Below the pieces are notes generated by a model. The model worked only from the letters and a program-made list of their open reading frames with translations. It searched no databases and was not told where the DNA came from. This document shows positions 1 through 13,589 of a stretch of 64,000 nt of DNA, piece after piece; the stretch's first letter is position 1, and every line of letters starts with the position of its first letter. A program made the position numbers and the translations under genes. This DNA is from Lingula anatina (Eukaryota; Animalia; Brachiopoda): NCBI GenBank assembly GCA_051362555.1, contig CM120641.1, positions 49,303,316 through 49,367,315 on the forward strand, written 5' to 3'.

Positions 1-1966
1 ATGTAGGTCGATCTAATCTATGAGAATGGGGTGTAAGAGCCACCTTGGGTCAATCCCCCATAACAAATGTGCATCTTAGGCTTGGCAATCTCAATCAGTT
101 TTGTAGGAAAGGAGGATTGGCGCCATTGAATTGACAAATATTGACAATTGACAGTTCAGTCACACTAAACTATAGTGGCATGTTGCTTCAAGTTACCACA
201 CTTATTCTAAGATTGCTGAATTATCATTACTGTAGGAGACCCTGGATCTCTCAACCAGAAGAAGAAACTTGGGGATCAATCAGTTATAAGATTAAAATCT
301 GTGGAACACTACCCATCACTGTTGTGTTCAGTATATGGAAAAGATGACCGTGATATTGGAACCTTGGAGATTCATAACTTGATTTCACTCCTGTAAAAAG
401 TAACTGCTTTGTTCTTTTACTGCCCAATTGATAATATGAAAATAAAGTACTCCTCCAGTCATTGTATGTTGCTGACTCTGTTTTAATTTTCTTTATAGAA
501 AAAGAATATAGATATCAAGATATTACATGTATTTACAAAGCCTATGAATCACTTGAAAGGAAAAAGAATGGTTGAAAAATGCAATATAAATCATTTCAAG
601 TGGATTAATTAGTGTTGCACTTGAGAAAACTGATAAAATGAGACAGTCATTCCCTTTTACCTTTAGAAAAATCATTTGTAATTTTTTTTCTCTATTGCTC
701 CCTGAAAATAAGGTATATACACAATGCTGATGACACTTGATATGCACAGTAATAACTTATTAAATGGGGGGTGGGGGGTTAATAACTTGTCACTAGTAAT
801 TTAAATTTATTCAGAAGTTGTATGGCTCTGTTTGAAAAGAATATTATTTGAGCAATCCTGTATTACAGATCTCAAAATAAAAAAAAAAACCTGCAAAAAT
901 GGGCCTCTTGATTATTTTGAGGAATTAGGGTAACTGTATTTTGGGACATATTTGATGGCAGCCATTTTGTATTTATAAAAATTGGATAGATTTGCCCTTA
1001 TCAAAGCATTGTTTGAATTCCTGGCTGTGAGTCTTTGATTAAATTTGATTATTGGAAGGTATTATCTCAAAATGTACTGATATCTTGATTTCGGCCGTTT
1101 GGTTTTCTGCTAAAATTGCTAAAGTTTGAGGCACTTTTTCAATATCTTCTGTTGTGTTTAACACACTTTTTGAAATTTGTATGATGAGGCCAATATATGC
1201 TTAGGATCCCTAAAAAATTTTATGGCTGTCAAGCCTGCAAAAAGAGAGATATGAATGCTTGAACATTGCTTGGTAGAAAAGAGAGTTTGGGGGGTGGGGT
1301 CATAAAAATAATCGTGGCTCGTTAGTTTGTGGGTTAAACTGAAATTTAGTAACATATTCTCAGTGGCAAATGGCTGGTTTAAATAGGTTAATTTTCAATT
1401 AATTTTAAAAAGTCATCAGTTTTGACATATTTGCTTATGAAGTGGCTTTATTGACAGAAGCTGAAAATCAAGCCAAAAATGGCCAAAACATATAATATCA
1501 TATTATAATTATATCCAATGATTTCTTTTGGGATTGTTGCCTTCAATCTTAATATCTCCTATATATGCAACAATATTATGAATTTGGTTGAAATCTGTTG
1601 ACCCCCACCTTGCCACCCTCTGACTGGTCCTATCATGGACACACACTTAAGAGTCTACTATTAAAATGTAAAACGTGGTGATGCTGGGTGAGAACCCCCC
1701 CCCCCCCCCCCCCCCCCGTGTTGATTTCAGTTCTTTTCTCATGCAAAGGCTTCGATTGATACAATATAGTTATGAGTCATTACACTGAATAAAACAACTG
1801 ATGTTGATTGGATTTACTATACAGGCCTGCCAGACTCTGGAAATCACATTACTTTGTACATAAATGTGACCCCCTATTCATTTATATCGGTAAAAGGCGG
1901 ATCTCCACATGTTTCCTTTGCTTACGTGACAGTGATGAACCTAAATCAATTAGCAATTCCACTTAC

Positions 1967-2196
1967 CTCCCACTGTTTCACAAATGAATCCGTTGGTGAC
2001 CGTGGAGCAGTCTATATCCTGCCAGAAGCTTCCCCCCGCCATCACGACACAGTCTCCACTCCCGTCTGGCTCGCTGGGTACTGACGTCATGTCCCAGTTA
2101 TCGTAGGTACTGTTGGTACCGTCCAGCCATACCCACTGACTACTGTTCTTGTGAAGACCTATCCAATACTTGATGGACGACGAACCTCCAACAGTG
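1967..2196 (-). CDS. C-type lectin gene, coding exon 3 (C-terminal half of CTLD)
   Basis: Acceptor cctatgtag|CACT at 2196 is phase 2 and matches the previous donor. Encodes TVGGSSSIKYWIGLHKNSSQWVWLDGT...NW...EPDGSGDCVVM...WQDIDCSTVTNGFICE with the WIGL, EPD and WQD motifs and the CTLD cysteines. A strong phase-1 donor GAG|gtaagt at 1967 suggests further exons; read-through instead would stop at 1950. Confidence 0.9.
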
Positions 2197-2564
2197 CTAC
2201 ATAGGTTTAATAATAAACAGGAAACATTAAAATGAAAGTTAAAAAAAAAATACAATTTAAAAACAAACTTAAAAATAAGAACATTAATACAGACGGGAGT
2301 GAAACTCGATGTTTGAATATGGAAAGATGTAGTTGACGAAAGCAGCCATTTTAGGTCCTTCTTAGTTTGATTTTCTGTTGACATTCAAAAATCGATAAAA
2401 GTAGTTAAATATACATGTATGTGAATGGTCTTTCTATAACAGTTTTACTGAAAAAGTGTTTTTGTACTTCTTAAAACTAACTAAGTTATCTTGAAATGTG
2501 GTTTGGTTTTGTAAAATTTAAGTAAACTGGAGAGACCAGTCTTTAAAGAGTGTTACCCACTTAC

Positions 2565-2742
2565 AGCAAGCTGGACAGGAAGGTGTTTTCATCCACTTCT
2601 TCAATTCCAACAAGATGAGCACCACTCTGCGTTTGGCACCAGTCCTCAGCGTCTTGAAAATTCTTCGATTGCTCCACTTTAACGTAACATTGGGTGGCCT
2701 CCAAATGCCAGGTTTCTCCCGCTGTAGTAGGACAAGCTGTGC
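2565..2742 (-). CDS. C-type lectin gene, coding exon 2 (N-terminal half of CTLD)
   Basis: Acceptor caaccag|GCACA is phase 1. Encodes GTACPTTAGETWHLEATQCYVKVEQSKNFQDAEDWCQTQSGAHLVGIEEVDENTFL, a typical long-form CTLD start. Donor GCT|gtaagt is phase 2. Confidence 0.9.
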
Positions 2743-3319
2743 CTGGTTGCATGATAAGATATGTGTGATATCGATCTATAGTCTCTTGCCTTGGATTACC
2801 GAAATGTAATAGTTGAATTGTACGTTTCAGCATACATTAAGGCACTGCTTACAAGTATCGATCAAACTCCATTGACTTTGTCACAGTTACAAAGATAATA
2901 GAGATTTTATAGATGCCAAGTACTTTCGTCTGTATTCACCAAGATATTACTTTGATATCGTAGCAACACAACAGGAAATAAGTAATCATGTCTGAAGAGT
3001 CTTAACGTGGTTTGACCCATGAATGACATATATCTATTTTTCATTGAAGGGCTTTGACCAACCCGATGTGAGGTCAGGATGTGAGCTCAGGGATGTCATC
3101 ATATACATGGGGGCTGGGGAGGGGGGGGGGGGGGCTGATGCAGCCCCTCGGTCCTTGGAAGAGTCGGTCATGTGATAAAACTCCTTTGATGAGGGGTCGA
3201 CACGTCATTCCTGATAGGTAAAAACACGTTAAGTCTCTTCAGAGAGGATTTTAACCTTCGTTACACAAGATAAAGGAAAAAATCACCATTACAACGTAGT
3301 TATAATGAAATTTACTAAC

Positions 3320-3383
3320 CGCTTGTTTTTCTGCTCAAAGACAGCAGTATAAAGGTCACAGTGAGGTATTTCTTGCAGTACAT
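3320..3383 (-). CDS. C-type lectin gene, coding exon 1 (signal peptide)
   Basis: ATG at 3383 gives MYCKKYLTVTFILLSLSRKTS-G. The 64-nt exon ends at phase-1 donor GCG|gttagt, compatible with the phase-1 acceptor at 2742. Not in the ORF track. Confidence 0.75.
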
Positions 3384-4185
3384 TGTAAGGCTCGGTTTTA
3401 CACGCCCCAAGGTGGCGTCTGTGGATTTATTTGGTCACTCAAACGGATTCATACTGAAACTAAAGCAAACACAAAACAGTAATGAAATACATTGCATTCT
3501 GAATGGCTTTCATAAGATTCATTCAATAATCTAAACAATTATCGATAACGGCTGTTTTGTTTTATTAAGGGTCCAATCAATATATGTTGAATGTACGTGG
3601 TAAAAGTCGTTTTATCAAACTGAAGAATTAGCAGGTATTAGGTATATAAAATCATGTTACCTTTTGTTGTTTATTTTGACAGAAAACAAGGGTCAAGGAA
3701 GTCAACAGAACGTTATCCTCCTATGGGTTTGTGTAGTGTGGATAATGAGGGGATTGAGAAACGGAACATTGTATGCAAGCATTTAAACAAACGTGTCCAC
3801 TAATAGATATTGACTTTCAAACACGGCACTGTGTTCTGGTCATGCAGTTGTAATACACTTTGTGTAAATGAGTTGTATAGGCAGCGTTTAAGACCTGAGT
3901 ACTATGTACCGGGAAATAAATTATAAAAACGGCTATATTTAAATCAGTACGTGGGTGCTATGTACCAGGAAATAAGTTTAAATAGGCTGTATATAAATCA
4001 GTACTTGCTCGTTTTCAAAGCTCCAATCATGTGCGTATGACAGAAAAGAGGCATTTTAATGATAAAGTTATACATGTATGTTTATGGACTAATGACGTCT
4101 TGACTGAATTTACTGTATTTTCAATGTACAATATATTAAGGATCGGAAGCGTACAATGTACATACTAAATCACATCAAAGACCCC

Positions 4186-4388
4186 ATTTCCAGAGATTAG
4201 ATCGATCTACTTTAGATCGACCTAACTCCCTGGGGGTTAACGCTAAATAGCTGTCAGCCGAGCGGACACGAAAGTTAATTACCAGCTTACAGCTTGTAGT
4301 AGGCGGGACGGACATTTAAGCCGGATTATCTGACAGTAATATAGTGAGACTCCCCGCGGGGATAGATCGATCTAAAAGCTCTGGGAAT
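4186..4388. mobile_element. small MITE-like element with imperfect terminal inverted repeats
   Basis: Left atttccagagattagatcgatcta versus right tagatcgatctaaaagctctgggaat. A related terminus occurs in reverse at window positions 1-31 (gtaggtcgatctaatctatgagaatggg). Confidence 0.55.
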
Positions 4389-5225
4389 ACAGCCATAGTC
4401 TAATTTTGACTGCCATGTGAAATTCAGGGATGTGGATCTCGTGTTACTGCCACATGTGAAGCAGTTATGTAATAACACTAACCCAAAGCGCAGAATTTTT
4501 ATAACAACAATAGTCCAAAGCAGTAGATGATTGTGTTCCGCACTGTTCAGTGGTGAGACTTCAACTTGAGGTGTCAGAGAAAGCAAACATAATCTTTTCA
4601 AACCCCCAGAGAGATGTATTCCCAGTAATGGATGTTACTTTTGTTATAGTACAGTGCACAGAAGGCCTCTCACTTCCCATTTTTTACGTGGAAGACAAGA
4701 AATGTAAACATCCCAATGTCGATGTGAAAGTAATGCAAATAAAGAAATAATATAAAAACGCACGATCAATATTTAAAAATGTGTCTTTGTTCCTAAGTAA
4801 GTCGTGTCTTTGAATCTTGGAGTGCATTTAGAACAGATAACTTAAAAGTGATGCCGCTAAATATCTGATTGGTGACGACACTGATGTTGAGGAACCTGAA
4901 GACTTAATAGTAACTGTAGCCTACATACTATATGCCTTAAAATAATTATTCATACTGTTTATTGTCAAGACTTGTCTAAACTTCAAACCTCAAACTCCGT
5001 CACTCCATTTGCTTGCATGATTTGTGTACATGAAATTTGTCTCCATTTTCATAAATGTAGCTGTAATGGAATTTCTTCCCTGGCATAATTTCAAAAAGTA
5101 ACGAATAGTGGGTATATTATCCCTTAATATTTGGTTAAAATATAGGCCTATACTTTAGCTCATATGTTTTTTTAAAAATTATTCAAAATAACGACCCTTT
5201 TGAACTTTTTTGTTTTTGATGGAAA

Positions 5226-5228
<3 letters not shown>

Positions 5229-5261
<33 letters not shown>
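5229..5261. repeat. (GA)n microsatellite
   Basis: Seen directly. Confidence 0.95.
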
Positions 5262-5263
<2 letters not shown>

Positions 5264-5944
5264 CTGTGATTCAGAATGATAAAGGTCTGATTAAAATTAA
5301 GATTCTTGGTTGTTATATTCCCTCTCCCATGCCTCAGTGACACCCGCCATATACCGGATAGACCCTTGGTAGGGAGAAACACTGAACACTACAATAAGTG
5401 CCAACTTGCTTCAAGTTCACAGTGGTGTTGGTTCGTTATATTCTGGTACCGTGTACTCATTGCGCTGTATATTCTGTAAAGAGTCTACACTGAAGTTTTT
5501 TTTACCGGTGTGACTCTGGATTCTATTCCTTATACTACCATTCCTGTCATACCGGCTAACCCTAACCTGTGCAATTCATATAGGTCCCCAGACTTCCATT
5601 CTTAGGACTACCATTCCTTTCACTCCTACAGCTGTTCTTGATCATGAAGCTCTAATAATTTGTCGCGTCAAGGGGTATCACATTGTAAACAGAATACCGC
5701 AAGCAAATACCGCCAAGCTGCCATTTCCTCTTCCATTTATAGTTATAACACAGTTTATAACACTTTTATAACACAATATATAAAATAGTATATTACATAT
5801 TTATAACGTATGTGTGTAACGCATGCTAATATTGTTATATATCATTCATGAAACAAATTAGAACAGAGTAATAAATAATATGTGAATCACATGGTTATAT
5901 CGCTATATCATTTATAAAACAATTTTCTCAAACACATTTACAGC

Positions 5945-6105
5945 TAAAACACATGCTTATACCTACCTATTATTTATAACACAATATATATATAACACAT
6001 TTATAACTAATATGTAAAACACATGCTTATACCTACCTATTATTTATAACACAATTTATATATAACACATTTATAACTGATATGTAAAACACATGCTTAT
6101 ACCTG
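5945..6105. repeat. 70-bp AT-rich tandem repeat, about 2.3 copies
   Basis: taaaacacatgcttatacct recurs at 5945, 6015 and 6085. Confidence 0.85.
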
Positions 6106-8428
6106 TTATATCGATATATCGGTGCGCATTTCATGAAAGAACGCAATCTGTAGGTCACGGGCGAAAACTGACGATTTTATAATGTAAGGGTGATACCAAA
6201 AGAACACGATCACAATCATTAAATATTACCTTTCCTTTATACGCCGGATGTATTCTAAGGGACCTTTCATATCTCCCGTGTACATCATATGGTAGGACTG
6301 GCTGTAAGTTATATCACAAACCAAAACACGAACTGCTTGTCTGTAGCTGTGGTAGCTATCAATAATTCAGTGGCGAATTGGTAACTGATCAATAACATAA
6401 GAAAAGAAGAAATGCCTACGCTTTGTGCTGTCGTATGTATGGTAATGATCGATACGCCGGTAAAGGCAAGCAACCTGTTGCTATTGGTTTTAATGTGGTT
6501 CTCTGCAAGGTTATATCGTGGTGCACGGGAGACTCGTCCACGTGACGCCTCTATAATGGGTTGTCGGACAGGGTTAATCAGTCTCATTTGAACATACATT
6601 TGTAGTAGGTAGTTTGAGAAATGCGCCAACTTCAATAGGAAAAAATTACAAGACGAACTCAGCGAAGAGACGGAATTATAAGAAAGAGTAAACAATTAAC
6701 ACGTGTCCCACAATCTCTAAATACTGAACAATTTTATTACGATACACCACTTCTGGATGATATTACATCATAAGTTAATGCAAACGAGCACTGAGCACGT
6801 ATGCCTGCGTGGATGTTTTATCATTTGTACAAGAGGTTTACTAAATAAATATTACGTCAGTAAGGTAAACACAGACCACTACAACACATCCCATTACAAC
6901 ATATCCCACCTACAGCACTGTGGCAAAATTCAGCTTGTCATGCATAAATGTATTACAAAATATAAATATTTATTACCGATAATACAACATTTCCGATTAA
7001 AAATAGTAATAAAAGTGACAAAAGTAGGTTTTTTTAACACACGCTATGCATAATACTCACTCTTTGTTGAGCTTCTCCTATGACAAGTAACTTTTATTGA
7101 TATTCAAATAGGTAATGCAATGAATTAATGTCGCAAAAATAATCAAATTTATCACTTGCTAATCACCCGTCATCCATTTTGACACAAAATTGAGCCTCAA
7201 GGGATTGCGGTATTCGAAAATACATCATTAATTTAAGACTGTCAGTACTTTAAATTTCCCAGATTATACCATAGCTATGACATGTGTAAGGAAAGGAGGA
7301 CCAAAGATTGGTAAGAGTAAAATACCTTTGCCCTAAAATATAAGTTATAATTAGGAGCTTTTCACGAGAAACGGCTTACACAGTGCATCTCTTAAGTTCA
7401 GTATAAATACAGCTGAAGTGTAAGTTATTTGTATTCACATGTTAAAACAGTTGCACAGCACTTTGTCTCACCAATATTCTAAAAAATTACCATTGAAACA
7501 TACCTGTAGACTAAGGTTATTTACATTGTTTCTAGAATAGCTTAGAAAACACATATACACGGTACAGGTAGCAGTGAAAAGTGAACTTAACAGAACGCTC
7601 TTTACTCTGGAATGGCTATTTACATTAGCTAATATTGGACATACATAACTGTTGTGACCTTGCGGTTTTTCCATTTTTGCTTTAATACCCTGAAAATGAT
7701 GAAATACAGAATGCTGCATCTGCGTTTTCTTTAAGTTCAAACGAAGGCAAAGGTATCATTCAAACAGTTCGTTAGTGTTTTATTTTGATTTCATGCTCTG
7801 CCTTCGGTAAATTTCGGTATACTTCGGGATTTTTTTTCAGTCCTTCTGGTGATCAATTATAATTTTGGTAAATTATCGGAAGTTTAACACAAATCGCTTT
7901 CTCCGAAAATTGTAATTAAATTTCTAATGGTGAAGTATTGCCTTTCGATAACTATGATATTCTTCTCTGATCCATTTTTCCTTGAACATAACATTTGCCT
8001 TTCCCTATAAATTGCCGATAACCAACCACATTTTTATTGATCACTAGAAAGAACCCAATTTTAAAAACCACCAAATATACTGTAACTTACAGGTAGAAAT
8101 CGAATTTATAATTAAACACTTACATGTATGAGATTTTTGACTAATACGTTCAGGTTCCTATTCTAATTAAACAAGTGTTCGTGTATCATACGCAGTATAT
8201 CCAAATCTTCATAAAACATAATGGAAATACATGTTGCTGTGCACTAAGTTTAAAGCACATTCCCGTATATTAATTTTTGACGCTGTATACACGTCTATAT
8301 ACTGTACTCGACACGCATCCTAATTGCAGCACTTACGATATCATCGTTTTGATTAAGATAAATGTAGCGTGCATTTGGTAAGGTCCCGCCGGATATCACA
8401 GGCATTTGGTAATGCCCCGGCAGTTACA

Positions 8429-8679
8429 TCAACGTGAGCCTTTAACTCGATGTGCATACTTGTGTTTTCTTGAAAATCTTCGGCGCGCTTTCCTTAAATT
8501 TGACACAAGCTTCTTTGTAATGTGATTAAACAGGGTGGAAGCATCTAATCCCACAATAAACACAACGATTCCCAGTATAATCAGGATAGAAAACGTGCCG
8601 ATTGCTGATGCCCCGGGCGCCTCGACAGGGTTTTGGTTGCGGCGTCTTCGTGGTGTCACTTTCAGAAGTTGATCTGGGG
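8429..8679 (-). CDS. Giant multi-LamG receptor, terminal exon: RRRR motif, TM helix, basic cytoplasmic tail
   Basis: Acceptor catacttcag|CCCC is phase 1. Encodes APDQLLKVTPRRRRNQNPVEAPGASAIGTFSILIILGIVVFIVGLDASTLFNHITKKLVSNLRKARRRFSRKHKYAHRVKGSR*. Hydrophobic stretch followed by a positively charged tail. Confidence 0.85.
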
Positions 8680-9539
8680 CTGAAGTATGAAAGCAATAGT
8701 CGTTTTATTCTGTGCTGCTTCCCAGTAATCATTCAAAAAGTATTTGTATAGCTTTGTATAATTGTTGCTAAGTTGTTATGACTAGTGTAGAGAGCCTGTA
8801 AAATGTAATGTATGCATTTTAGTGCTCAATAAAGATTATTATTATTATTATGAAATTAAAATACTAAGTATCGATGGAATTTTAAAATATGGACCAAAAG
8901 GTCAAAATACACCCGAATTCTCAAAAACGCTTAAAAATCAGAACTAAATGATGTCGATGGGTAGCCATATCTCCACATTACCCCACATTGTAAAGTTTAT
9001 CTCACACACTGGGTTCCCATTACCCAGATATCTTTGGCAATAGCCTGGGTCTAATATTTAAACTGTTGCAAACAATTGCCATAATAACACCATAATAAGT
9101 ATGGTTAAATGCTTAATGTAAAAAAATCATCCAGCCCCAAGGGACAGCCCAATACATAAATTCTGAAGGGTCAGGCCACATCTCGAGACGAGATGGCAGA
9201 AATTACAGTGGGGAAAATTGGAACCATCCGTCCCCCGGAGACGGTACACTGAAATTCAGGCATGATTACATTATCTCTAACTTTTGTCAAAAAAGTGCGG
9301 GGATAATTAACAAAAAATTGCATATATGTTGAACGTTTAACCCTAAATATTCATTTGTGTTATGCACCATATATGTCAGTACCTGAACCGTCTAATCCTT
9401 TCCCATTCCCTGTACGCTAAATATGCACCCTATCTATCTATAGCAAAACGGTTTATTCCACGAATACCCTGTCATCAATTACTGTAATCAACTATCTTCA
9501 GAACAGTGGAACACGTTGTGTTCTAGATGTAAGTTATAC

Positions 9540-9725
9540 CTATGCATGGGGGTAATTCTGGTCTCCAGGTACCATGAATAGTGCAGTGGATCCATCTGGT
9601 GGTCGAGCCATCCATGAAGTAAGTGTTGTTATCACATGTGTATACAATGGTACTGCCCATTGTCACGTTGTAGGTGTCTTGGTACGTGGCATTCTGCACA
9701 GGTTGTGGGTCGGGACAGAGCGTAA
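9540..9725 (-). CDS. Giant multi-LamG receptor, sushi/CCP domain 2 exon
   Basis: aatgtttcag|TTACG ... ATAG|gtataa, 186 nt, phase 1-1. Encodes VTLCPDPQPVQNATYQDTYNVTMGSTIVYTCDNNTYFMDGSTTRWIHCTIHGTWRPELPPCI, with 4 Cys and the conserved W of CCP. Missed by the ORF track. Confidence 0.9.
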
Positions 9726-9965
9726 CTGAAACATTGGAAAATTACCTTGTGATGGCCGACACGAGCTCATTCCTTACTTTTGCATGTGAGAAAAAGAGTT
9801 ATGTGATACTGTTATGTGCGAGAAAGAATTTGAATGACATAAATCATTTTATGACCATATATGACGTGTAAAAATTTAAATTGATACACTCTTATTCATG
9901 AAGGTCTATCTCATTCACTCTAAAAAAATGAAAGAAATAAAGTTTGTCTAAAATATCTATTTCAC

Positions 9966-12029
9966 CTTGACATAAAGTGATGGAATCATTCCAAGTACCA
10001 TTTTCCAAACAACTGACAACTTTTGTGATCACTCTGTTTGGAAATATATATCCGTGGTTGCAGGTCAGTGTCACTCGACTTCCAACATAGGTGTCGCCAC
10101 TTGATATGACCGCATGGTGAGTCTGAATATCGGAACAGGGTGCAGGCGACGTGATTGGCGAGACAGAAGTGGTAACTTGAGATGAAAACATGGCTAGAGC
10201 TGTGGTAGCAGGGAATGTAGTGGAAACGATTTTTGTTGATCTTGTGGTAGTGTTAGTTGATGCAGTGGTATTGCTTGTTGTTGATGTTATGGTACTGTTT
10301 GTTGTTGATGTTGTGGTACTGTTTGTTGGTGATGTTGTGGTATTGTTTCTTGTTGGTGTTGTTATACTGTTTGTTGGTAATGTTGTGGTAGGCCTAATGC
10401 TTGTTTTTAATGTTGTGGAACTGTTAGGTGGTGTAGTGGTACTGTCAATTGCTGTTGTTGTCGTACTGTTTGTTGGTGATGTTGTGGTCCTGTTTGTTGG
10501 TGATATTGTGGTACTGTAAATTGGTGTTGTTGTCGCACTGTTTGGTGGAAATGTTGTGGTACTGTTAATTGTCGTATTGTTTGTTGGTGATGATGTTGTA
10601 CCGTTTGTTGGAAATATTGTGGTACTGTTAATTAGTGGTGTTGTTGTGGTACTGTTTGTTGGTGATGTTGTGGTACCGTTTGTTGGAAATGCTGTGGTAC
10701 TGTTAATCTGTGTTGTTGTGGTACTGTTTGTTGGTGATGTTGTGGTACTGTTTGTTGTTGGTGTAGTGGTACTGTTTGTTGCTGGTGTTGTCGTATTGTT
10801 TGTTGGTGATGTAGTGGCACTGTTTGTTGGTGTTGTTGTGGTACTGTTAATTGGTGTTGTTGCTGTACTGTTTGTTTGTGATGTTGTGGTACTGTTAATT
10901 GGTGTTGTTGCAGTACTGTTTGTAAGTGATGTTGTGGTACTGTTTGTTGGTGATGTTATGGTACTGTTAATTGGTGTTGTTGTCATTATGTTTGTTGGTG
11001 ATGTTGTGGTACTGTTTGGTGCTGATGTTGTGGTACTGTTTGTAAGTAATGTTGTGGTACTGTTATTTGGTGTTGTTGCTCTACCGTTTGTTGGTGATGT
11101 TTCAGTACTGTTTGTTGGTAATATTGTGGTACTATTATTTGCTGTTGTTATGGTACCGTTTGTTGTTGGTGTTGTGGTACCGTTTGTTGTTGGTATTGTG
11201 GTACTGTTTGTTGGTATAGTTGTGGTACCGTTTATTGGTGTTGTTGTGGTAATGCTTGTTGGTGATGTTGTGGTACTGTTAATTGGTGTTGTTGTCGTTA
11301 TGTTTGTTGTTGATGTTGTGGTACTGTTAATTGGTGTTGCTGTACTGTTTGTTGGTGATGTTGTGGTACTGTTAATGGGTGTTGTTGCAGTACTGTTTGT
11401 TGGTAATGTTGTGGTACTGTTAATTAGTGTTGTTGCTGCACTGTTTGTTGGTGATGTTGTGGCACTGTTTGTTGATAATGTTGTGGTACTGTTCATTGGT
11501 GTTGTTATGGTACCGTTCGTTGGTGATGTTGTCATACTGTTTGTTGGTAATGTTGTGGTACTATAATTTGCTGTTGTTGTGGTACTTTTTGGTGATGTTG
11601 TAGTACTGCTTGTTGGTGATGTTGTAGCACTGCTTGTTGGTGATGCAGTGGTACTACTTGTTGGTGATGTTATGGTACTACTTGTTGGTGATGTTTCAGT
11701 ACTACTTGTTGGTGATGTTGTGGTACTACTTGTTGGTGCTGTTTCAGTACTACTTGTTGGTGCTGTTTCAGTACTACTTGTTGGTGATGTTTCAGTACTA
11801 CTTGTTGGTGATGTTTCAGTACTACTCGTTGGTGATGTTGTGGTACTACTTGTTGGTGATGCAGTGGTACTACTTGTTGGTGATGCAGTGGTACTGCTTG
11901 TCGGTGATGTTGTGGTACTGCTTGTTGGTGATGATTCAGTACTGTTTGTTGGTGATGTTGCAGTGCTGTTGCTCATTGGTGATGTGGTGTTCAAAAGCAC
12001 GGATGTGTATTCATTCGGAGAGGTGGCAC
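9966..12029 (-). CDS. Giant multi-LamG receptor, mucin-like Thr/Ser/Asn stalk plus sushi/CCP domain 1
   Basis: tgtttcag|GTGCC ... CAAG|gtgaaa, 2064 nt, phase 1-1. A 24-bp/8-aa repeat (TSPTSSTT then TSPTNSTT) is followed by CSDIQ...VGSRVTLTCNHGYIF...VSCLENGTWNDSITLC. Confidence 0.9.
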
Positions 12030-13589
12030 CTGAAACAGATTTAAGATGGGTATATAGTTTTAGCTTATTGTTATATCAAACCTCGTGGAAACCATAAAAT
12101 TAACATTTAACAGTGAGACAGTACTCACAGAGATTAAAAATAGCTCTATTGGCTTCTACATCCCATGATCATATTTCCCTCAGTATTTTTTTATTTAAAA
12201 ATGATCAAGTCTATTTATACTGTACAAATACATTAAGGGTACATTATCATCAGATCTAGTCGGTTGTGGCGATGTTCTTCAGCTCCTTTCATACGACAGT
12301 AGAAAACATTTTAAGGGTAACTTTTAAATTTAAACAATGGTAATGTAAGAATCGCGACGTACAAGTCACATTGTATGTAATAAGACCGTGCTGTAGAAAA
12401 CTGGGCACATTGTGTGCCACTTGATCAGGACGTACAAGATATCGTATGTCACATGAATCTTGACATACAATGTCACATGATCATGACGTACCACCACTAC
12501 AAGTCGGTGTATGTCACATGATCATGACCTGAATATCATGTACCAATCCCTGATCACTAAAGTAAATATTTAACACTACCTGAGGGAATCGCTTTTTTTT
12601 ATAAGTACTTCATTCTTATGGCTAAACGAGAATTCGAAATGTTGCTCTGAAATGTATAAAAAGCGGCGGAAAATAATTCTCATCAGCGTCACTTATTTTG
12701 AATTAAAATACAATCTATTTATGCTAAATGATAAAACATTTAGCAATATCATACGCGAAGGACAGCGCTCTCAAGTGTAATATATCTTTGATTGATGTGA
12801 GCATATCCCATGGTCGACTTTATAGCAAGGATGGCATTTATTTCCCTGCAGACATTTTATTAAAATAAAAAGACCAAATAAAAAATAAATATTGTTAAAG
12901 TTTGAAAAATAAATATCTTCTATTTAGGTATTTTAGTATTTGTCACATCAACAACCGTAATGGTTTATCAAGAGTATAGATCCCACCGTTTAATGCGGTG
13001 CATATAATGACCATTGGCAAGAAATGCAACTTTCCTTCAGTTAAAGACAATTCGATATTTTAACGCCAAAACGAATTTTCTTCAGGAAGAAGGAGTCTTC
13101 TTTACTCATGAATCATTGCTCGACCCATCCCTGATCTTGGATTTGATGTTTAATGCCAGTTTTATATACATACACTTTAAGAGTCTGTATTTATTCTGAT
13201 CACTGTCTTTGTCAGTGTAATCGCCATTCGATCGAAATATACTAATAACAGTATATTTCTTCAAATTGCACCACACATTCCTCTCAGCGCTGTTTACATA
13301 TAAAAATTGATTAACCAACATCAATTTAAACAAATATTAAAGCAATTACACCTATGGGACATAATCTAATCAAAATGTTCTTTGAATATTTTTACAAAGT
13401 TTCTTTTAATTATTTGATGATTATCATTAAGAGAAAATATTGTATTTCTTAATGAAATTAGACCATGAAATTGGTACTCCAGTGTCAAAATTCTTATCCG
13501 AGCTTCACGAAATTAATTTCAAAGCCAAATGACGATCCAGTTTCGTTTTCGGTATCACAGCTCAATTCTGCATGTATGTTAAAGAAAGC

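Noticed and set aside
4326-7740. Short ORFs of 60-130 aa between the two genes
   Set aside because: No recognisable motifs, low-complexity or microsatellite content, and no consistent splice structure.
10190-12097. Val/Leu-rich plus-strand ORFs (109, 336, 172, 136 aa) that look like multi-TM proteins
   Set aside because: They are antisense shadows of the ACA/ACC/AAC-rich mucin exon.
12580-12646. Possible extra exon between domain F and the mucin exon
   Set aside because: It has AG/GT ends but runs phase 1 to phase 2 and is incompatible with the phase-1 mucin acceptor. Domain F splices in frame directly.
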